Assembly (NCBI GenBank): GCA_030141605.1
Contig: JAQGDQ010000342.1
Location: forward strand, 186,001-250,000
DNA: 64,000 nt
Direction: 5' to 3'
Source: Tubiluchus corallicola
Lineage: Eukaryota; Animalia; Priapulida
Position 1 is the first letter of the stretch. Each line of letters starts with the position of its first letter. Below, one piece after another: positions 54,573 to 64,000 of the stretch. The notes beneath the pieces are model-generated. The model saw only the letters and a program-made list of their open reading frames with translations, searched no databases and was not told the origin of the DNA. The translations under genes were made by a program, and so were the position numbers.

Positions 54573-57500
54573 TCAGTTAGCTTTCTCTCTTTCTGCTCGC
54601 CTTTCCGCTTCATCGATACTGACGACAGCTTGGGCAGCGGGAAGGAACTGGATGAGACTGATGATGGTTTTCAAGATGGCTACAGGTGCACTGAGTACGC
54701 ACAACACCTGCCACAGTCCAATGCCAAACACTGGAAAAAAGTAAACAGAGATTAGCTTAGGTTCTCACAACTAAACATGATTGTCCTTGCATCTGTGTTA
54801 CAGAAAGTTTCACTACAAAATTACAATCACCGTATCATGTAGATTTTGAAGTTTTCAAACCCGATTAGCTCTTCATATAACTTTTCACGTTGTTACTAGA
54901 ATATTTCCAAAGATTCACCATATAAGTGGAGTCACCTGGGTTCGATATTCGCTTTGGACGGTTTCACTAAGTTCACCATACTAATCTTATTGTTTAACTT
55001 GCAGCAAGACAAATGTATTCGCACCCAAATGAGGCTAAGGTGTCTCTACTGGTTCAGTAGCTCATTTCAAAGAATTAGCATTGATAACGAGCAAATATAT
55101 TGGTTTTGCCACAAACAATGGCATTAATATTTCTGGCAAAACTTTGGAACTTTGCTCATTATCAAAAATAATACTAACGGTCGACACTCACAATGAATAC
55201 TGCTGTTCAGCCTTCTACACGAAGCATTGGTTGCGTAATGCATACCAAGTACTTTTATTAGTATGCTTTACACTGATGTATTACAATAGTGTCTTCAGCA
55301 TGTGAAAGTAATTTAGGTGGTAAATATTTCTTTATTAATTAACATTTCTTGCAACAACTGCTACCATGCCTACCACAGATTAGTCAGCACATCACATAGA
55401 TGGATAATAAGCATTATATCGAACAACTGATAATTGATACAAACCTAAATACACATTGAGCAAGACTAACCTATTTGCGAACGTCTAGGTGTCGCCAAAT
55501 GCAACATACTAATATAATGGTGACTACAGACAGTATACAGCAGGGGTGTGCAAACTGCGGCCTGCCGAGAGAATTTGTGCGCCCGCGAAGAGATTTGTCA
55601 ACCTAATGAAAGTGCGGCCCGGGCGATTAATTGAGTGTATCCAGCTGAAGTCCGTGCCAAAGATAGTGCGGGTAGTTTTTTCTACTAGATAGGGTGCCAT
55701 TAACCCTTACAAGATGGTTGTAGGTTAATGTCACTGTACTACACAGACTGTGTGATACACATTACTAATATGCATTGTAATGAAATTACCACTATCTGTC
55801 CTGAAAGTAGAAATATATGGTCTGTAATATAAATTTTAATAACTTCTAAAATAGTTTCTTGAGTGTAGTAGTAACGATGTATGCAGGTCGGATGCAAAAA
55901 AATCGTTATTAGGCCTTTCTGTACTTGGCTCCTCGATCAAACTGCCTGTGGCCCGCAGGAATTGAGGGAAAGTTTAATGTGGCCCGGCTAGTCAGATAAT
56001 TTGCACACCCCTGGTATACAGTGACAATTATATATACATGCAGGCCGATATATATTCCAATTGTGCATTGCAATGCCATTACATGGTCTAACAGAGATTA
56101 AAAGTTTGAACACTCAAGATTATAATGTAAATACTGTATTTGTACTTACACGTTGGACCAGCAGTAAAATGACACAAGTACAGCATGCTGTAGAACAACT
56201 CGTTCCCACCACACATGAAAAACAGGAATGGCTGCAAGGAGAAAAAAAACTCGAATGAGTCCTTAACATCACAGTCATTATTAACAACAAAATTTACAAA
56301 GACCATCGACACGTTAAATATAGACATAGGAAAGTTCAAATGTGACTTAGGTCAAATGTAGACATAGGAATTTCGGATGTGTTTTGGTTACTCAAATGTA
56401 GATGCAATTAACGTTAAGAATGTAGTGGAATTGGTTCCCACTTCCCAATGAACAGTGAATCACTAATTAGTTTTTCAAGTAATGCATTAGCACTGCATTA
56501 ATGAATTAGTTTCTCTCAAGAAATATTGTTTATTTTAAGAATGTATTGTTTTCTCTAAGAGTTCCAATGGTATGTAAAGTTTGCAGAACATTAGTGAACT
56601 ATTAGTAGGCCTATAACGTTGTTAGTTTAACATAAGAGCAATTATTTAATTGAAATTAAAGAAGATTAAATTTAACATCCTTAAGCTTTACCACCTCTCC
56701 ACATTTGAGATACCAATGTCACATTTGACTTGACATGTGTCTACATTTGATTTACCAAAAATGCTTAAGATTTGTTGAAAACCATTGTTAACACATTTGA
56801 ACTACCAAAGTCTAGATTTGAGTTACCAAGACACATTTGAATTACCTAAATCTACATTTGAGTTAACGTAGGTCTACATTTGACATGTAAAACCTATAAT
56901 ACAACAAATGAGCAAAAAATTAAATTTAACTCTTAGTGGAAAATATGAAAGTAAAAACTGCATTGGCATACAGACCTTGTAAGTGTAGTAGAAATGGAGA
57001 AGTTTATTGCCGGAGACGTCGATTACTTTATGACTAACTGCACCTTTCATGGTCGAACTGAAAGCAACAGAAACAATAGAGACAAACATGAATGAAATTT
57101 ATCTGTTGCTGCAAGTAAATCCTAAATCGAATCGTGGTTCAGAGAAAGAAAAAAGTGAAACTAGTGATGAATTAAACTAAAACGAAAAAAGAGTTAATGA
57201 ATTTCCATCAGTACTGACCTTGGTCAATATTTAACTTTATTATAATCAGTATTTCAACCCTGACTATATATATATAATAATCTTTATTTGCCATTAAAAT
57301 ACATTGATAATCACTGATAAAAACTTTACAGAGATAATCAATCAATGTTAGTTAATAAAAACTTAGACAGCTGAAGACAAATGCGTCAGTGCAATCTAAA
57401 CTACTGTGCAGTAATGGAAAGTAACGACGAATAAAATCAAACGTATTTACAACTAAAGGACTTAAAGGACTCACTAGCGGAACTAAAGGATTTCTAGGCA

Positions 57501-58650
57501 GACAAAAAGTGAAATTCAGGAAACTTTTACAAACCTATGAACAATGTCTCAAAGCTTGTTATGAGTGTTTCGGCTTAACAAAACAATCGCAGGGAGAAAA
57601 TAAACTAGGGAATAAGGGTATATACATTAGAAAGTTAAGCTTTGTCACAGCTGGCCGCAGCAAAACTAATGAAAAGATTTGGAAAGTGATGCACAGATGC
57701 TTATCTCTGTTGCCGAGTGCAACATCCGAGGCTCTGCGGTTGAAAACAGTCATCAAAAAGAGAAAAATTGGTAAACGAAAAACGTACCTGTGCAGATGTA
57801 ACCAATGGCTTGCGATGTCAATCGTGGAGCTCATCTGAAAGCAGAACATCCATCTTGGATAGAAGCAAGATAATGCCACCAGCAGACACATGGTGGCGCA
57901 CCGATCTGTCAACATATCCAGCATGGCTCCAAACTTTGAACCTGAACAAACGTAAAACACCGTAGAAAAATGAAAATTTTCAGTTTTTCCAAAATATGCA
58001 CAGACAATCAAGAGTGCAAGTTTTTTTGTTCCAAATAAGTCTAACGTTGATAATCTTATTAAAAACTGGTCTCATTTTATAAAAAGAATGAAAAACATTA
58101 TAGCCAATGAAAAAACTAAGAACTAATCTTGGTGTTGCAATGCTTTAATAATTTTCCTCTGAAGGCACATTTATGCCTCCACTGAAACTTCAACCCAAGA
58201 CCTGCTTTCCGGGTGGCTATACTATAATAAAACCTATAACTTAGAGATGGAAAAAATACAAAAGCAGATACTGAAATTGTTCTAGCAAAAATAGATATCC
58301 TTACACTGGTTGAAATAGCGAGCTGCATCTCCATCAAACTTGTCAAGAAATTCACTTAGAAGATAACACCAAACAGCAACAACGTAGTTAGTTGACATAT
58401 ACCACACGGCAATGACTAGTAAAACAATGCGAACATAGCCTGCAAAAAACAATAGATGTAAAAATGACTTATAATCTTAACTTGAAGACTGCTTTAATAT
58501 TATTGACTGAAAGTAAAATACAATAAAGTAATACCACACAGTCCTACCAATTAGGTTTGGCACAAAGAGGAATACGCTGATGTCTTTCTTCTGAATTTGA
58601 TGCACGAAGCTGTTTCCTGCACTTTCACTTCCGTCATCTCTATCGGCCAT
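54573..58650 (-). CDS. CDIPT: CDP-diacylglycerol--inositol 3-phosphatidyltransferase (PI synthase), 6 exons, 237 aa
   Basis: Exons 58650-58548 (..VFLFVPNLI), 58439-58305 (GYVRIV..DKFDGDAAR), 57941-57788 (FGAMLDMLTDRC..ASHWLHLH), 57057-56976 (SHKVID..YY), 56231-56150 (CGGNELFY), 54730-54573 (..SIDEAER..TGA). All GT-AG, 714 nt; the CDP-alcohol phosphotransferase motif is intact. Confidence 0.97.
55541..56013 (+). mobile_element. hAT (Charlie-like) MITE family B, copy 2
   Basis: TIRs CAGGGGTGTGCAAA / TTTGCACACCCCTG with a perfect 8-bp TSD GTATACAG. Confidence 0.93.
56308..56896. mobile_element. MITE family A, copy 4 (left end decayed)
   Basis: Body and right TIR match 5998-6726. Confidence 0.85.
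57275..57453 (-). mobile_element. LINE 3' tail fragment (family of 34605-35150)
   Basis: Reverse complement of about 34965-35148. Confidence 0.85.
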
Positions 58651-59039
58651 GTGAGCACAATGACACAGTCTTGTATTATTCTAAAATAAATAAAAAATGA
58701 CTAAAATTCGTCAAACCAATGTTTATCAGATTTTGGCAGTTTGCTAACTTTATTATAAATTTCGTCGCTGCATGGCACTACGTGTTCAAAATTAAATCCA
58801 CAGAATACATGATTTCAGTCTCGTCTCACGACCGCTGCTCTTTATCGTAATTATTGTTATAGGTGAATTACTTGTACGCAGTATCTTGTAGAGGCAATAA
58901 TTAGCTCTCGTATGCAGAACACTAATGAAGATGATGACTGCAGTTAAATGTAAACAGACTTGTCTCATTATGCAGTTGAATTGTTTTCTTGGACTTCTTC
59001 TTGCCTTCAATAATTTTAAACTTGTTATTTATCCTCAGG

Positions 59040-59930
59040 TGCTTGGTCTTTTGGTGGTTTTGAGCTCTATGAGCATTGCTTTCGATATGTTATCAATCTA
59101 ATGTGCTCAGCAGGATTGAGGCATGGCGAATTTCTGGGCCATTTAGTTTCATTGAAAAAAGCAAACCCATGGACGTTTCATCTGATTTGTGTGTTGTTTG
59201 TACAAAAACATGTACTGCAATGGATCCGACATATTTCCAGGCTTTTATAAAAACACACACTTGCGTTTTTTCTCTAAAATCTCTTCTCAGAAATAAATTC
59301 ACGTTTAATTATAGTACAATCACTTGGGGGTACTTCTTAGTAAAGCATGGAAACACACAGCTGTGATTTAGAGCCTGGCCAACTCCTTGGTATAATTCGG
59401 TGTTTCCAATATCTTCCACACTCAGTGTTCTACATCCTGTCATTCTAAAAGCTAGAACAATAAATGGTCCAGAGGAAGTAAAGAAAACATTGCCCGTGGC
59501 TTTTTCTTCCCACTGTCACAAACACAAAATCAAATACTTTTTTCAACCGTTACACCTGACTGATCTTTATCCCTTTTGCAAGTGGTGCTGATAAATCTGA
59601 TAACTTCTGCTAACACACAGTTTGTGATATATTTGAACTGGGCTCCGATCGTCATCATTTCATCTGTGATTTTAGGGTACATGCCAAAGGAGAGCTTTTC
59701 ATGTGTATCAAAGTCAAGGGTTGTATGGTCTTTGTTGTATCCCTTCTTCCACTTATCAATAACCAAATTTTCTCTTTGGCGAACTTAATTTGTTCACGCT
59801 CCATTTTCAGGTAAGGAAAATGGCACCATTTGTCATGGTCTCACATGCGTACAATTAACCTGCTTCAATCGGTCAACAGCATGACTAGCTTCATTGTCCC
59901 AAATTTTAAAAATCACATAGGCAAACAAAT
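59040..59930 (-). pseudogene. Decayed Tc1/IS630-superfamily transposase
   Basis: Across frameshifts: DRLKQV..NGAIFLT*KW..LVIDKWKKGY, FLWTI..NDR..SVEDI, CVFPCFTKK, and FFNETKWPRNSPCLNPAEH (WPxNSPDLNPIE signature, about 59103-59155). Confidence 0.7.
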
Positions 59931-60575
59931 CTGGAAAATAAAATACAAAAGAAAAAAAAATCAGTAGCATTAATATCAATACTGTACAATACACTGATTA
60001 AATTCTCCCTATCCTTAGAAAAGTTTATGTTACATGTAGAAGATTGTCCTATTGACATTTTCTGTGAATCCTTCCTTCAGCAAACTAGCAAGTAGCTTAA
60101 TGTTGTTCATTGTCTTAATTAACTTTTCCGAGTTTTGATTTCGTTACCATTGAAGTAAAAAGAAAATAATAATACGTATACCGTCTTACATAAATAGACG
60201 ATTATTATTCATTTTTTTGATAATGTTTTTTTGCTATTCTGTTTCTGTGTATTTGTTATTAATAATTATAACTATAAATGAATTTTTACTAAGTACGAAC
60301 GAGGCAAGGCAGAAAAACAAATAAATCTCAAACAGGCATGGTATACCAAACTAATCAAAGCCCATTCAGAAGACTGAAACTTGAAGTAAAAGGGTCTTGG
60401 TATGATAGTATGTCCTGAATGTAAGTTAAAAATCCATCGGAAGATGGCAGGTATCAAACAAATTGTTTTCCTGGCGCAGCAACGGTACCGGTTGTATAGA
60501 AAGCGTCGAGCCACGCGTCGGCTTTATTACTTGAGAAAATAATTACTTAAATTTTAATGCCGTGTCACCTCTGTA

Positions 60576-62897
60576 ATGTATGAACTTAGCATGTATAATT
60601 TAATAGTACAATCTCACATAGTTTCTGAACTTATTTTAATACTTTACACTGTGCAACAAACCTGTGGAGTTGCTGAAGTCATTTATGCTATCAATGCTGG
60701 TGGCAATTCTCACGTTGACATTCACGGGGTGAGATATGAAAAGGATCCTCTACCCGATGGAGGTGTAGGTAGGCAAAGACTTGTTCAGCGATTATAATTG
60801 AGGAGACAGAACTAACGCTTCAGTATAATCCCATTTTTAATTGTTATTTCATATTATCTTGGATGTATTGTTAGGTATATCTGAATCTAACTCGACTGAG
60901 ACACATAATAAAATTATATGCATATATATGTGATCACCTATCCATTTATTGAATGACATCAGTGATTTCAATAACAATGACTGCTGGTGCTTTCAAAAGT
61001 GACTCTTTTGTGCAGTTATTCTTTAAATATGAAGCACCCTGCCAGATACCCAACTACTGACTCCTTTTTTTATTGACTGATACAGCATTGCAAGAAGCAA
61101 GAAGAATTTAGTTTATGAAGCATTTGGTCTTTTCAAAACAAAACATAGAATGTGAAGCAAAAACAAAAGATAATTCATTTATTCATTTTCAGTATTTGTT
61201 TTCTTCACAATTTTGAAACCTGCAGCAAAAATTTATGAGTTGAACTTGAAACAAAAGAAACTTGATGTCATTCATTTTTTTACAATGGAACTTTACAACC
61301 TTATTATGTAAAACGCATAGTATGTTTGCCTACTTACTAATGTGTTTTCACAGTGTAAGTCTGTGTCCAAATAACTACACAACTTCATCACCTTAAATTG
61401 ATTCTTTTTTGTTTGAACCAATTTAAGTTTTTTATTTTGAAAAGTTTTGCCTTTAATGTCTTTTCTTCCATCAAACTTCACTATTTGATTATTTATAACA
61501 CTACTATTCTTTTACTTGGAACATGTATATATGCATGCAAATATTCAAACTTGGCTAAGATACACTGCTGATTCCATGGCTGTTCCTATATGCATGACCT
61601 TGAGCCAGGTTTCAGCCTCATTTTAGGGTTTCCGGCTTGTAGTAATGTGCTGAATGCTTTGTTTAATACATCTCAATATTGTTTAATAGTCATAATGAAA
61701 ATGACTCAATATTATGCTGGCGATACTACTTGAGATAACTACTTTCAACTATAGTCTGTAGTAAACAATGCACTGTGACCTAAGTTTATCACTTTGAAGT
61801 TTGAAGTGCTTCTTGATAATTTATTTGCTTTGTTTGCAGTTGTCTTACCATAGAGCAAATATCCTGTGTCCTACCCACACTGACTGCAGACAAGTATCCG
61901 TGATTCTCTGTTTACTGCGGAAAAATATTTGTGGTAGCTTTTTCCTTGAATGTCCCAATTTGCGCTGCCACCATCTTTTGTATATGATGTACACATTAAA
62001 TAAATGTGACTACGGCCAAATCACGTTGAAAACACCGGTTCTCGTCTGATCACCGAAGTTAAGCAACATAGAGCCTGGTTAGTACTTGGATGGGTAACCG
62101 CCTAGGAATACCAGGTGCTGTAGGCTTTCGGGATGCCCACACTGTATCTCGACACTAGGCGGAGGAGCTGCACAAGCAGCCAACGGCTAGAGGGCGGAGG
62201 AGGTCAAGTGACCCAAAGGCCATGTGTAGAGGAGTAAACCTTCCAAATCAGGAGTGGAGCCCCGAAGGCGGACCAGTGCAGCATGCTGACTGATTCCGGC
62301 AGCTCATGCAGCCAACCTGATGCCAAACGTATCGCTCCGCTTTCCTTTGGACTACACTAGCGAGGAAGAGAGGGGGTTCCTGTTGTCTGGGCAACTCAGG
62401 ATCTCCATACACCTTGCCCAGGCGTGCGTCCTGGAGACGTTCCAGGATCGCCCTGCTCAGCCACAGTCGACGCTGCAGCTCCATCAATGTGATCAATAAC
62501 TGACTCTCTTGGCGCACACTCCATTGTTTTCGGAGACAGAAGGATGCCAACCAACCAACACATTAAATATAAATAAAGTTAAAACTGGATTAATTTATTG
62601 TACATTTATATCAAAGCATTAATCTACAGTTCCAAACAATAGGTTGCCATGGTGCTATGTCCATATGCAAAAGGCTTTTTTGGTCGCTAAAGTGATTGTT
62701 TGTTTTTTTTAGGAATTTCTTCGGATTTTGGAAAGCGTCTAGTCATTCAGCGAGTCGTTCCTCAAGATCAGATACTATATCAAACTGAACGATATCACGA
62801 TTCAAATTTTCATTATAAAATTCGGATACCATCGGATGGCGAATACGTTCTAGTGCTCAAATTTAGTGAAGTTTATTTTACGTCGCCGAACATGAAG
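60576..62897 (+). CDS. MLEC: Malectin, exons 1-2 (gene continues beyond the window)
   Basis: Exon 60576-60768 (signal peptide-like region, [26 protein letters not shown]|gtaggc) and exon 62713-62897 ([38 protein letters not shown]|gtgagt); phases compatible. The start may be 60591. Confidence 0.95.
62008..62557 (+). mobile_element. 5S rRNA-derived SINE (SINE3), full-length copy 3 (malectin intron 1)
   Basis: 5S head 62008-62127, shared body, CCAACCAACC tail. ACACATTAAATA is duplicated at 61991 and 62558. Confidence 0.93.
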
Positions 62898-63133
62898 GTG
62901 AGTTGAGCATCTTGAAATCGGACACGTCTGCTAACTTGGACAGAATTTGTGTTTCAAATTCAAGTAGAAGAGAAACATTGTTACAACAGCTCCACTATCT
63001 ATGTCAAAAGAAAAATTTCAAGTAAATTAATAGTAAATTAAAAATCACTATAATCCATGCCTAGAATTGAATTAACACTAAAAAAATCATTGGCTTGATG
63101 TAAGCGGCAATAGTCTCATCAGCAGTGTTTTTA

Positions 63134-63757
63134 TTATGCTTCAACAGCCAGTATGTTTGCGGTTCCTCTAAATGACCAACCAGCAGCGTACTCCAAAGCT
63201 ACAAAGCTAATCAGATTGCTCTTACACGTTAATTGCTGATGACTGCTTGTGTTGACTCGTTGTTTTGTTTTTAGTTTTTCATCTGCATTTTTGTTCATGC
63301 CAGTCGGGTCTTGAAAATCTTCGCTGGTCACTTCTTCTAGCAGAGGGACACAAATTTTTACTTGAAATGTTTTTTCTGAAAATTTTAAGTGAAAAGAGTG
63401 TAGATGTGTTCCTTTATTTATTAACAAAGATGACAAAACTGTCCCACGTTCTAATAGACTAATACTCATCAAAGTTGCAATGTAGGTAAAAAAATTAATT
63501 ATTATATGGTGTAATGTTTTTTCCACATGCAGTTTGTCGCTAGATACTGCGACTCTGTTGTGGAGATCGCTGGCATCAAGTAGAATTGGATAGAACATCG
63601 TAGAATGTTCCGTCAGAATGACCACCTTACCGTCTGGATTGTTCTGGAACATTTGTTCTGGAAGTTTCTGCAGCGCGCTATATAAGGCAAAGCAGGCTGC
63701 CGACACGGGGGGTACACACAGAGCACACAAATCTAACACAGACTTGTATTTACTCAT
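63134..63757 (-). other. 207-aa antisense ORF of unknown function in malectin intron 2 (possibly transposon-derived)
   Basis: ATG-initiated 624-nt ORF in AT-rich DNA, with N-terminal CxxC and C-terminal LEYAAGWSFR. Family not recognised. Confidence 0.3.
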
Positions 63758-64000
63758 TTATTTGTTTACTTAAACGTTTTCCAGATTTTCACGTTTATTG
63801 TAATCATTTCAACGTTCCTTCATCTTTGTGTTGTAGAATTCTTGCTAAATAAAGTAGTTTTATTTTACGGGCATGTTTTCTGGTTTTCTCTACGAGCCTT
63901 CCGAGAGAAACAAAACACAACAGACTCGTACACACGAAAACTCAGCAACGGCAGCGGCAGAGCGTTCAGGTGCATTGTATGTGTGTGTGTAGTAAATGTT

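Overview
Intron-rich, repeat-rich animal genomic DNA, most likely a panarthropod (fd3F/FoxT-like forkhead gene, a divergent ionotropic receptor, TCAGTT initiator). Genes, left to right: (1) an intronless-CDS forkhead gene (-), head-to-head with (2) an intronless-CDS ABCF2 (+); (3) a complete 13-exon HPD (4-hydroxyphenylpyruvate dioxygenase, +, 14760-43682), whose last intron hosts (4) an antisense, single-exon ionotropic receptor; (5) a complete 6-exon CDIPT/PI synthase (-), head-to-head with (6) the first two exons of malectin (+). The HPD-CDIPT interval holds nested TE relics (Gypsy, BEL/Pao, Ginger-like with Ulp1 protease, solo LTRs), and a decayed Tc1/IS630-type transposase lies between CDIPT and malectin. 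Most notable non-genic signals: a full-length 5S rRNA-headed, RTE-tailed SINE family (3 copies with TSDs, two inverted within the HPD pre-mRNA), complementary (GTA)n/(TAC)n arrays at the two ends of HPD intron 4, several minisatellites (one derived from a MITE) and many MITEs. All calls come from manual reading and recalled family motifs; no searches were run.
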